From positions 32,606 through 96,605 of the forward strand of contig CAVVNJ010000002.1 of assembly GCA_963749595.1 (NCBI GenBank): 64,000 bases of DNA. The letters are read 5' to 3'. This DNA comes from Candidatus Woesebacteria bacterium (lineage in GTDB: Bacteria; Patescibacteriota; Microgenomatia; UBA1400; UBA1396). Under the pieces are notes generated by a model. The model saw nothing but the letters and a program-made list of their open reading frames with translations, was not told the DNA's origin and did not search any database. Of the stretch, positions 26,529-34,606 are shown one piece after another. The translations under genes and the position numbers were made by a program. The first letter of the stretch is position 1, and the number at the start of each line of letters is the position of its first letter.

Positions 26529-26864
26529 ATGTCCCTGACTGTTAATGACCTTCGACTCATTCGGTCGATTGTCCGCGAAGAGATCGATCCGCTTAGGCTC
26601 GATGTCACTGAACTCAAGGGAGACGTTGCTGAACTTAAAAAAGATGTGGCTGTGCTTAAGAGCGACGTGGCTGGTCTCAAGAAGGATGTCGCCGTACTTA
26701 AAACCGATGTTGGTTTACTGAAAAAAGGCCAGAAGAAAATCATTGCCGAAGTGCATTTCATCCGAGAATCATTAAACGCGACGATCGGCCATTTCGACCA
26801 CTGTGAGCTTGATTTGACCAAGAGAATGCTTCGCGTTGAGACCGATCTTGGGTTAGCCAATTAA
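26529..26864 (+). CDS. Coiled-coil protein with six tandem DVxxLKx heptads
   Basis: 111 aa containing DVTELKG DVAELKK DVAVLKS DVAGLKK DVAVLKT DVGLLKK. The antisense ORF (26516..26860) is judged an artefact of the repeat. No RBS seen. Confidence 0.5.
   Translation: MSLTVNDLRLIRSIVREEIDPLRLDVTELKGDVAELKKDVAVLKSDVAGLKKDVAVLKTDVGLLKKGQKKIIAEVHFIRESLNATIGHFDHCELDLTKRMLRVETDLGLAN
26601..26726 (+). repeat. 21-nt tandem repeat x6 (coding heptads)
   Basis: gatgtcactgaactcaaggga and five diverged copies lie in phase with the reading frame. Confidence 0.85.
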
Positions 26865-26866
26865 TG

Positions 26867-26949
26867 TGCCGAGAAGAGGAATTGAACCTCCACGAGATTG
26901 CTCTCATACGCTCCTGAAGCGTACGCGTCTACCATTCCGCCACCCCGGC
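26867..26949 (-). tRNA. tRNA-Leu(CAG)
   Basis: Reverse complement is GCCGGGGTGGCGGAATGGTAGACGCGTACGCTTCAGGAGCGTATGAGAGCAATCTCGTGGAGGTTCAATTCCTCTTCTCGGCA. Class II tRNA with anticodon loop TTCAGGA. Confidence 0.9.
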
Positions 26950-26998
26950 ATGAGCGCCAATTATATCATTTTCCCGAGATTTTCGGTATAACAGACGC

Positions 26999-27511
26999 AT
27001 GACTAATATCATTTTTCGTTACTGCCCGGTCTGCGGCTCGGCTTATCCGGAGAACGTGAATCCCAAAGCTAGAACTTGCGCCGATTGCGGTTTTACGCTT
27101 TATGAAAACCAAAGCGCCACCGTTGGAGCAGTGATAAGACGCGGTCGTGAGGTGCTTCTGATCGAGCGAGGCGTTGATCCTGGTAAAGGAACTTGGGATA
27201 TTCCCGGTGGTTTTGTCGAGCCGGACGAGACGGCCGAACACGCAATTCTGCGCGAACTGGAAGAAGAACTTAGCGTTAAGGGAAAAATTATCCGCCTTTT
27301 GGGGGCTTTTGGTCCTACCTGGTACGAATTTCAGGGTCGGGGCCAGTACAACACCGATCTATTTTTTGAAGTCGAGCCGGAATCAATACATTTTGTAGCC
27401 GGGGATGATGCCGCCGGATTTAGATGGTTTTCTCTGAATAATTTGCCGCCGGAAGATCAATTAAGTTTTCCCTCGATCAGCAAGGTTCTACAACTGATTC
27501 GTCAAAACTGA
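26999..27511 (+). CDS. NUDIX hydrolase with N-terminal zinc ribbon (NudC-like architecture)
   Basis: 170 aa with CPVCGS...CADCGF and the NUDIX box GGFVEPDETAEHAILRELEEELSV. Confidence 0.85.
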   Translation: MTNIIFRYCPVCGSAYPENVNPKARTCADCGFTLYENQSATVGAVIRRGREVLLIERGVDPGKGTWDIPGGFVEPDETAEHAILRELEEELSVKGKIIRLLGAFGPTWYEFQGRGQYNTDLFFEVEPESIHFVAGDDAAGFRWFSLNNLPPEDQLSFPSISKVLQLIRQN

Positions 27512-28443
27512 GGTAAAAATTGGACTCCCAAAAAGCCCAAATAGATAAGCATCATGATGAATCCCTCGCGTCGCGATAAAGTTTTCCTGCTCGTCGCCAG
27601 GAACCAGAATCCAACATAGCCGATACCCATCACCACCACCGTTAACCAAACTTTGGGCGGCAGCGTAATGTCCCGACCCGCCAGCAAACTGAAAACTCCG
27701 AAAAATAACGTATTCGCTGCGGCCGAACCCAGATAATCGCCAAAAGCTACTTCTTTCCGGTGGGTAAGAATCGAGCGAAAGCCTAGAGTGATTTCCGGAA
27801 CGTTGGTACCCAGCGAGAGAATAAAGAGACTCACCAGCAAAGCGGGTATTCCCCAATCGGCAGCCAAGGCCACCGTACCTTCTACTAAGTAATGACTGGC
27901 CACGTAAACCACCGCGGCCCCAAGTAATAAGCGGGCGACATCGACAAGGGAGCGAGAAAAAATATGTCGATTAAGATTTTGGCGAAGATGGGTTAACAAT
28001 CCTCGATCCGATGGCAAAATAATAATTAGAAGGGCGTAGAGCAGCAATAAGATCGCCCCTTCGGACATACTCAAGCGACTATCTACCACCAGAATCGCTG
28101 GCGCCATGATTACCGCCAGGGCCAAACCAAGCTGTTTGGACTGAAAACCACCGTTTAACTTGACTCCATTGCCAAAGATCGCCAGCAGGGGAATAATCAG
28201 AAAAAATAATACCGCTGAGGCGCCGAGTAGGTTGCCAATAAAAATGTCGGGATTATTACTGAAAACAGCATTGAGGCCGACCGAAAACTCCGGCACGGAG
28301 GTCAACAATCCCAGAACCGTGAATGACAGAGCAAAGACGGAAAGGTGCAGCCGAGCAGCAACGCGATTGACGGCACTAACCACCAATCCCGACCCCAACC
28401 AGAGAAAAAATAATGCCAGAAGAAAAACCCACCATTGGGACAC
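27502..28443 (-). CDS. Ca2+/cation antiporter (CaCA family, YrbG-like sodium/calcium exchanger)
   Basis: 313-aa polytopic ORF with two alpha-repeat signatures, GLLTSVPE and GTNVPE. GTG start. Confidence 0.85.
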   Translation of the reverse strand: MSQWWVFLLALFFLWLGSGLVVSAVNRVAARLHLSVFALSFTVLGLLTSVPEFSVGLNAVFSNNPDIFIGNLLGASAVLFFLIIPLLAIFGNGVKLNGGFQSKQLGLALAVIMAPAILVVDSRLSMSEGAILLLLYALLIIILPSDRGLLTHLRQNLNRHIFSRSLVDVARLLLGAAVVYVASHYLVEGTVALAADWGIPALLVSLFILSLGTNVPEITLGFRSILTHRKEVAFGDYLGSAAANTLFFGVFSLLAGRDITLPPKVWLTVVVMGIGYVGFWFLATSRKTLSRREGFIMMLIYLGFLGVQFLPQF

Positions 28444-28526
28444 GATCTTTTTATTGTGTCATCTTGAAAAGACTGCTGTCAAACGCTGTCTGGGAAATTG
28501 TGATTTTTCGTTGTTATCACGATTTG

Positions 28527-28669
28527 CTTCACGAATTTGGGAACATCTATCTTCTTTTGGACAATTCCAGCTTGCCGCTACTTGTACAAGTTGTTGTACA
28601 AGTTAGACGAAGCAGAAAATTCCAAAATTAATACCTATTTTCCTGAACTCGTGAAGTTCGTCGTGAAAG
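28527..28669. repeat. Intergenic motif set: inverted TTCACGA-type repeats flanking a tandem AACTTGTACAA pair
   Basis: cttcacgaatttggga (28527-28542) is an imperfect inverted copy of cctgaactcgtgaag (28642-28656). cttgtacaagtt and gttgtacaagtt are tandem at 28581-28604. cctgaactcgtgaag-N6-gtgaaag (28642-28669) recurs at 57597-57624. Confidence 0.7.
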
Positions 28670-28691
28670 GATAACTCGACTCGTGCTTTCT

Positions 28692-28713
28692 ATGCACTAG
28701 TGTACTAGTACAT
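28692..28713. repeat. Second copy of the ATG(T/C)ACTAGTGTACTAGTACAT motif
   Basis: atgcactagtgtactagtacat is 21/22 identical to 4953-4974. It lies between tRNA-Lys and the antiporter gene. Confidence 0.8.
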
Positions 28714-28771
28714 GAAAATGGGAGGGATATTGATTTGTTGGATTCCTGCGAGAAACGTTTCGGGAAAAAAG

Positions 28772-28845
28772 TGGGTCAGGTGGGACTTGAACCCACGACA
28801 CCCTGCTTAAGAGGCAGGTGCTCTAACCAACTGAGCTACTGACCC
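28772..28845 (-). tRNA. tRNA-Lys(CTT)
   Basis: Reverse complement is GGGTCAGTAGCTCAGTTGGTTAGAGCACCTGCCTCTTAAGCAGGGTGTCGTGGGTTCAAGTCCCACCTGACCCA. Anticodon loop CTCTTAA. Confidence 0.92.
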
Positions 28846-28900
28846 GACGGCAGTTATTATACTACGTTTTGGTGGCAAGAAAGGTATAATAGTTCCCACT

Positions 28901-29839
28901 ATGCGCCGCGCTCTCCTCACGCTCTTCCTGCTCTTTTTCTGGCTATCAGTGCTTACTCCGGCTAAAGCCCAAGTCCGAACCAACCGTCTGGGCCAAACTC
29001 CAACGGAAGAGCCAGCGCCCCTAGCCACCCAATCGGCTGAGACCGCCAGCCCGTCGGCAGAAATAGTGGCCAAAATAGAGCAAAAGGAAGAAAAGGATAT
29101 TACTCAGACCACCCCGCAGGTGAAAAGCCGATTAGCGCGTATTTTGGATGACAATCCCATCGGGCCGCTCAGCTGGAATAACTTTATCCAGCAGACAATC
29201 CGCCGGGCAGTTGATGGGGGAGTTCCGGCCAACATCCTAGTCCTGCTGCTACTTTTCCCGGTCATCGCCTCGTTTATCGCCGTCTCCCGTCACTTTATCG
29301 GCCTGGAGGGCTTCGGCGTCTACATCCCGGCCGTCCTGGCGGTCGCGTTACTTTCAACCGGTATCATTTCCGGCCTGTCGTTATTTATCGTTATTATCCT
29401 GGTCGCCACTCTCGGTAGAGATGTCGTCAAGCGCTTGCGTTTGCAATACCTGCCCCGCACCGCGATCGTTCTCTGGGCGGTATCTTTGGCGGTGTTCGGA
29501 GTGTTATTGATTTCACCTTTTTTGGTCCGCGTCGGAATTGATTTGATCACTCTGAGCATTTTCCCAATCCTGGTTTTGATTCTACTCTCGGAAAACTTCA
29601 TTGACGCCCAATTATCCAGCACCCAATCCCGAGCACTCCAACTGATGACCGAAACCATCGTTCTGGCGGTTGCATCAGCTCTATTCGTCCGTACCCAAAT
29701 AGTGCAGGATTTCGTGATTCTTCATCCGGAAATAGTCATTCTGGCCGTACTCTTCATCGATTTGGCGGTGGGCAAATACACCGGCTTGCGCGTCACCGAA
29801 TATTTGCGTTTTAAAAGCATTATTGACCGGGAGGAATGA
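28901..29839 (+). CDS. Multi-pass (about 7-TM) membrane protein, first gene of the ATP-grasp/QEGLA triad
   Basis: 312 aa with a signal-like N-terminus (LFLLFFWLSVLTPAKA) followed by a long run of hydrophobic segments. The stop overlaps the next start. It resembles the 7TM module that accompanies RimK-related ligases, but has no transglutaminase-like domain. Confidence 0.6.
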   Translation: MRRALLTLFLLFFWLSVLTPAKAQVRTNRLGQTPTEEPAPLATQSAETASPSAEIVAKIEQKEEKDITQTTPQVKSRLARILDDNPIGPLSWNNFIQQTIRRAVDGGVPANILVLLLLFPVIASFIAVSRHFIGLEGFGVYIPAVLAVALLSTGIISGLSLFIVIILVATLGRDVVKRLRLQYLPRTAIVLWAVSLAVFGVLLISPFLVRVGIDLITLSIFPILVLILLSENFIDAQLSSTQSRALQLMTETIVLAVASALFVRTQIVQDFVILHPEIVILAVLFIDLAVGKYTGLRVTEYLRFKSIIDREE

Positions 29840-31122
29840 CCGTGGTCAACCCACGTCACCTGTTGGGAATGAATGCCAGAGTTCAGCTTTACACGGCCCT
29901 GAATCCGATGGCGGCCAAAAAATATGGCTTTTCCAAATTACGCGCCAAATCATTTTTAAAAAAACACGGGGTTCTGGTACCCGAATTGTACGGCCAAATC
30001 GGTTCACCGGAGGATCTGCGTCAATTTTCCTGGCATAGCATTCCCGGCGGATTTGCCGTCAAGCCGGCTAGCGGCAGCGCGGGCAAAGGCATTGTAGTAA
30101 TTAAGCGGAAGAAACCGCGACAACTGGTTTGGATTGACGTTGCCGGCCGCGACTGGACGGAAGACGATCTCAATCTGCACGTCAGCGACATCCTGGCTGG
30201 CCAGTACAGCACTTGGGGCTCGCGCCACATGGCGCTAATTGAGGAGAGGATCCCAATCCACCCGGATTTGGAATCATACGCCCAACTAGGTACGCCGGAC
30301 ATACGCGTCATTGTCTTTCACAACATCCCGGTGATGGCGATGGCCCGTATTCCCACCGAAACTTCCGGGGGTCGGGCCAACCTGGATCAAGGGGCGATCG
30401 GCTTGGGGCTAGATATGGGAACCGGCAAATCAATCTACGGTGTTTCCGGCAAAAAGAAAGTGATTACTCATTTTCCCCACAACAACCTCTCCGTTCGCGG
30501 CATTCAGATTCCTTTCTGGACCGATGTCTTAAAAACTGCCGTCCGGGTTGCCAACTCAACCGGCTTGATTTTCATGGGTTGTGACATTTTTCTGCACCCG
30601 GAAAAGGGTCCCATGGTCGCGGAAGTTAATGCTTACCCAGGTCTATCGATCCAGCTGGCCAACCGTGCCGGCTTGCGGCGGCGCCTGGAAAGACTGGAGG
30701 GTGTGGAAGCCCGTAATGTCGCTCACGCCGTTAAGATCGCCCAATCCTTATTCGCGGAAAGTTATCCAGGCGCCGCCGGAGAGCTAGATCGGCCGATCAT
30801 CGCGCCCAAGGAAAAAATTAAAGTCTATGACCTTGAGGAAGAGTCACATGAGGTTCTGGCTTTAGTTAATACCGCCCGCGGCCGAAGCGTCATCGCCGAA
30901 AATCTGGCTCAGCAACTCGGGTTGGATAAACAAACCACGGTGCTATCGGAAGAGCTGGAAGAGGGGGATGGAAAGTCGCTGGTGGTTCCGGTGCGAATCA
31001 AAATTAGCGACCGCATTCTAAACACGTCTATGGCCATTTCTAAGCGCTTAAACAACAAGCGGCACCGGGTGGAATTGGGGCGCAAAGAATTATCCGGATT
31101 TCTGGTTGGGGAAGAACTATGA
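29836..31122 (+). CDS. RimK-related ATP-grasp ligase (alpha-L-glutamate-ligase-like)
   Basis: 428 aa with FAVKPASGSAGKGIVVI, IEERIPIHPDL, PDIRVIVFHNIPVMAMARIPT..GGRANLDQGAIGLGLD and VAEVNAYPGLSIQ. Confidence 0.8.
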   Translation: MTVVNPRHLLGMNARVQLYTALNPMAAKKYGFSKLRAKSFLKKHGVLVPELYGQIGSPEDLRQFSWHSIPGGFAVKPASGSAGKGIVVIKRKKPRQLVWIDVAGRDWTEDDLNLHVSDILAGQYSTWGSRHMALIEERIPIHPDLESYAQLGTPDIRVIVFHNIPVMAMARIPTETSGGRANLDQGAIGLGLDMGTGKSIYGVSGKKKVITHFPHNNLSVRGIQIPFWTDVLKTAVRVANSTGLIFMGCDIFLHPEKGPMVAEVNAYPGLSIQLANRAGLRRRLERLEGVEARNVAHAVKIAQSLFAESYPGAAGELDRPIIAPKEKIKVYDLEEESHEVLALVNTARGRSVIAENLAQQLGLDKQTTVLSEELEEGDGKSLVVPVRIKISDRILNTSMAISKRLNNKRHRVELGRKELSGFLVGEEL

Positions 31123-32147
31123 AACAACCACAAAAAAAACTGACTTTACTCCAAAAGATTAATCCGATAAACAAGGACCAAGAAAAACGTAAATTCTTTT
31201 TCGATCCGCTTTATAATCCGCAGTTTGAATACTTGGAGGACGTCAGCCTGGAAGATTGGATGAAGTACGGCCCAGCCGCTACTGAGTTCTTACCAGCGGC
31301 TCAACATATTTTAGATTCAGTACTCAAACAGTGGGGTACCGAATCCCAATATTTGGCGGACACCGAAGGCGAGGTTTTAACCCAAGAAGCGGCGCAAGCA
31401 GAGATTAACGATTATTTAAAAAAAAACAGTTTAGAAAAGGAAATCGTCCTGGTATTTTCGCCCAAGCAGACCGCTCGCACTTTAATGCGGAAAAACGTGC
31501 TCAGCATTCGTACTCCGATTCAATATCGCCAGCGCGCAATTATTGGCATGCTCAACCACGAGCTGGGAACCCATTACTTCCGGGGAATAAACGAAAAACA
31601 ACAGCCCTGGCATGGCCAACACCAGGCCTTTGGTCTTGGCGCTGGGGAGTCAGAGGATGGCTTCTGGTCAGGCTCCTATTTGGAAACGGAAGAGGGCCTG
31701 GCGGTAATCAACTCTAATGCCTCCTTGCCGGATAAACACTTGTGGTTTCCCGCCTTATCTTATCTTTCGGTTAACCTGGCGAAAGAGCTTTCATTCTCCG
31801 AACTTTTTCATGAACTAAAACGCTACACTGATGATCGCGACCGTCGTTGGAGTTTAAGTTTGAAAGCCAAGCGCGGGCTGAGGGACACCTCTCTCCCAGG
31901 CGCTTTCACGAAAAACCAGCTCTATTTTTCCGGCGCCATTAAGACTTTACACTGGCTAAAAGAAAATAATTTTGCGGCCGAGAAACTTTACCTTGGAAAG
32001 ATTTCCCTGGATGACGTCGAGCAAGCCAAAGAAATAGCCCAGTTTTCTTCCATCCGCTTGCCGAGCTTTCTAAACGATCGGGAGAAATATCGCGATGCGG
32101 TGAAAAAAATCATCGCTCTTAATAAACTTGAGTCCTGGTTAAAATAA
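31119..32147 (+). CDS. DUF1704/QEGLA-motif family metallopeptidase-like protein (MATCAP-type carboxypeptidase fold)
   Basis: 342 aa. NHELGTHY is an HEXXXH motif, followed by YLETEEGLAV (the family QEGLA motif with Q->E). The start overlaps the ligase stop. Confidence 0.7.
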   Translation: MKQPQKKLTLLQKINPINKDQEKRKFFFDPLYNPQFEYLEDVSLEDWMKYGPAATEFLPAAQHILDSVLKQWGTESQYLADTEGEVLTQEAAQAEINDYLKKNSLEKEIVLVFSPKQTARTLMRKNVLSIRTPIQYRQRAIIGMLNHELGTHYFRGINEKQQPWHGQHQAFGLGAGESEDGFWSGSYLETEEGLAVINSNASLPDKHLWFPALSYLSVNLAKELSFSELFHELKRYTDDRDRRWSLSLKAKRGLRDTSLPGAFTKNQLYFSGAIKTLHWLKENNFAAEKLYLGKISLDDVEQAKEIAQFSSIRLPSFLNDREKYRDAVKKIIALNKLESWLK

Positions 32148-32151
32148 AATT

Positions 32152-33309
32152 ATGAACAATCGTTTGACTAAAGTCTTTGCCCGCTGGCCCCGTCATTATT
32201 GGATCGCCGCTACCCTCGGACTAATCGCCGGAGGTCTGATTCTCTCTGGTCTCTGGATTTGGTCTACCTATCGAACTATCTCGGTCCAGCGCACCGAGCC
32301 GGTTATTTCTCCCGGATTACCCAGTCCAACTCCCACCCCGGAACCGCCCTATGAAACTTTAGTTCTGCTGGGTTACGGCGGTGGTGGACACTCTGGCGGC
32401 CGGCTTACCGACACTATCATTACTGTTTTTATCGACCGCGATCGCCAAAGGATTACCCTCTTGTCTTTGCCGCGTGATTTGTGGGTTTCTCTACCCACTC
32501 AACCGGATCAAGAAACCGGTTGGAAATTAAACGCCGCCTATGCCATTGGTTCAGATGACCAACGCTATCCGCTTAAACCGGCACAATACACCGGGCCGGC
32601 CGGTGGCGGCGAATTAGCCAAATTTGCCATCGAAAAAATCCTTGGTATTCCAGTTAAATATTTTGTCGCTCTCGATTTTGACGGTTTTGTCCGCTCGGTT
32701 GACGTTCTTGGCGGCGTGGAAATTAACGTGACCCGGACCTTCACCGATCCGCTCTATCCGATCGAAGGCCAAGAAGAAAATACCTGTGGAAAATCACCAG
32801 AGGAGTTGGCAACCATTGAAGCCACCACCTCAGCCGAGCAAGCGGAAAAACTATTTGCTTGCCGCTATGAAATCCTACATTTTGAACGCGGTCCACAACT
32901 TATGTCCGGAGATACAGCCCTGAAATATGTGCGATCTCGTCATTCCCCGGAGGCTGGTAATGACTTTAGCCGCTCACAGCGCCAGAGGGAACTACTGGTG
33001 GCCGTCAAAAATAAGGTGTTAAGTATCGGGTTTTTGCCCAAAGCGATCACGTTCGTTAATACTCTGGCCGGTCATCTGCAGACCGATCTACAAATTGAGG
33101 ACTTCCAGCGCTTGATCGCCGAGGCACCAGAATTAGGCGGTTATACGATTGTTAACCTGGCTCTAACCGATAAAAATCTGTTAAAACAAGGTCGGAGTGC
33201 TAATGGGCAATTCGTACTGTTGCCAAGGGAGGGGGAGGGACAGTTTAGTGCCATTCACTCCTGGATCGAGGCCGAGCTGGCAACCCCGGCAGCAAAACTA
33301 CAACCATAA
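32152..33309 (+). CDS. LytR-CpsA-Psr (LCP) family cell-envelope phosphotransferase
   Basis: 385 aa with an N-terminal TM segment, then LLGYGGGGHSGGRLTDTIITVFID..ITLLSLPRDLWV and TALKYVRSRH. Confidence 0.85.
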   Translation: MNNRLTKVFARWPRHYWIAATLGLIAGGLILSGLWIWSTYRTISVQRTEPVISPGLPSPTPTPEPPYETLVLLGYGGGGHSGGRLTDTIITVFIDRDRQRITLLSLPRDLWVSLPTQPDQETGWKLNAAYAIGSDDQRYPLKPAQYTGPAGGGELAKFAIEKILGIPVKYFVALDFDGFVRSVDVLGGVEINVTRTFTDPLYPIEGQEENTCGKSPEELATIEATTSAEQAEKLFACRYEILHFERGPQLMSGDTALKYVRSRHSPEAGNDFSRSQRQRELLVAVKNKVLSIGFLPKAITFVNTLAGHLQTDLQIEDFQRLIAEAPELGGYTIVNLALTDKNLLKQGRSANGQFVLLPREGEGQFSAIHSWIEAELATPAAKLQP

Positions 33310-33510
33310 AAAGGGAAAGATTAACGGACCTGACGATCATAATTGTCCATCTTAAGCCAGCAAGTTCGACAACCTATGTTCCCTAGAAAATCACCTGTCA
33401 GTGACTGCCATTGGTGACAGTGGGTGACAACGGTGACAGTGACTGACATATTGAATTTTTTGGAAAGCATACTCCGGGACAGAGTAATCGTTAATGAAAA
33501 TTGGAAAAGC

Positions 33511-33586
33511 TGGTGCACCAGGAGGGATTTGAACCCCCGACCCTCTGATCCGAAGTCAGATGCTCTATCCACTGAGCTACTGGTGC
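33511..33586 (-). tRNA. tRNA-Arg(TCG), CCA encoded
   Basis: Reverse complement is GCACCAGTAGCTCAGTGGATAGAGCATCTGACTTCGGATCAGAGGGTCGGGGGTTCAAATCCCTCCTGGTGCACCA. Anticodon loop CTTCGGA. Confidence 0.92.
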
Positions 33587-34506
33587 AGTAAGGCAATTTT
33601 ACCACCATTAGCCTCTAAAGCCTGGCGGAATGCCTCCCAGTTACCAGTCGGCTGACCTTTTTCATCGCGGAAACTAAATCCTGAGAAAGGACCGGGACTG
33701 CCAGCAAAAACAAAAGGAGTAACGGCTTTAACTTGTTCGTCTGACCAAATCGATTGCAAGGCGTACTGGTAATACCCTGGCAACTTCGAAGATCTGACTG
33801 CCGAAGTATCCCAACCCGTCTCGGTAATAAAAACCTCAAGCTTACGGTCGGTATACCGGTTTAGAAAAGCCAACTCGCTCTCAAACCCACGGAGGGAATT
33901 TTTTCCCGAACGCTGCGGAGCCGAGGCAAAACCGGGATTAGGATAGCTGTGGGAATTCCAAGCGGTGATTTTGTCAAGAATTTCCGGTTTTGAACCCAGT
34001 ACTTCCCGCCAGTAGCCAAAAGCCTCTTTGGTCACGCGGCTATCAGGGGCCGCAAGATCCAGGGCGGCCGGCAGGAGGGCGTAGTGGGCGTTTTCGGTGC
34101 CGAACCAGTCCAGGGCGAAATCAGTGATCCGGGCAAACTCGTGCGGGTCCAGCCGGCCGCCCCATTCCTTAGCATGATTAGGCTCGTTGAACAAAATAAC
34201 GTGACGCTCTTCTTGCGGCCAGTCCAACCGATTCAACGCCTTGGTTAACTCGACGATATCCTTGCGGGTCGGCACGCGCCAATAATCGTGTTCGGGATCG
34301 TACTCGGTCGCCAACCGGACCAGGGGAATGATATTTTTTTCCCGGGCTACATCGAAAGCCGCCTGCCAGTCGCCCAACCGATCCATGTCGGCCAAAGTGA
34401 AAGGAATCGTGACATACAAAGATTCATCCGCTGCTCGGTAGGGCGCAAATTGATCCGCCACGGCCGTCATTTCCCGCGGGTAGAGAACGTGCATTCCCAG
34501 GCCCAT
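33577..34506 (-). CDS. TIM-barrel glycoside hydrolase (GH5-like / Glyco_hydro_cc-like)
   Basis: 309 aa with VILFNEPNH (acid/base Glu context) and VFITETGW (nucleophile Glu context). A signal-peptide-like ORF start at 34577 lies out of frame upstream. The stop overlaps the tRNA-Arg 5' end by about 10 nt. Confidence 0.65.
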   Translation of the reverse strand: MGLGMHVLYPREMTAVADQFAPYRAADESLYVTIPFTLADMDRLGDWQAAFDVAREKNIIPLVRLATEYDPEHDYWRVPTRKDIVELTKALNRLDWPQEERHVILFNEPNHAKEWGGRLDPHEFARITDFALDWFGTENAHYALLPAALDLAAPDSRVTKEAFGYWREVLGSKPEILDKITAWNSHSYPNPGFASAPQRSGKNSLRGFESELAFLNRYTDRKLEVFITETGWDTSAVRSSKLPGYYQYALQSIWSDEQVKAVTPFVFAGSPGPFSGFSFRDEKGQPTGNWEAFRQALEANGGKIALLHQ

Positions 34507-34606
34507 GGCCAGCGCCGGCGCACTGCCAACATTAGGGCACCAACAATTAGCAACAATCCAAAAATTTTCTTGTGCATCTGACTATATTGTACGCCAGCTA
34601 CGCAAG

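Noticed and set aside
26516-26860. 114-aa minus-strand ORF opposite the heptad-repeat gene
   Set aside because: It is the mirror image of the 21-nt repeat (S/T/A-rich TSFLxxA units). The plus-strand frame gives a regular amphipathic heptad and is more plausible, though neither frame is proven.
28453-28482. Promoter TTGACA-18-CACAAT for the antiporter gene
   Set aside because: The hexamers are good, but the predicted start site would leave essentially no leader before a GTG start codon. That is atypical, so I did not list it as a feature.
28807-29073. 88-aa minus-strand ORF
   Set aside because: It overlaps tRNA-Lys and is antisense to the start of the 7-TM gene.
33321-33608. 95-aa minus-strand ORF
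   Set aside because: It runs through tRNA-Arg(TCG) and the GTGAC repeat tract, with no coding features.
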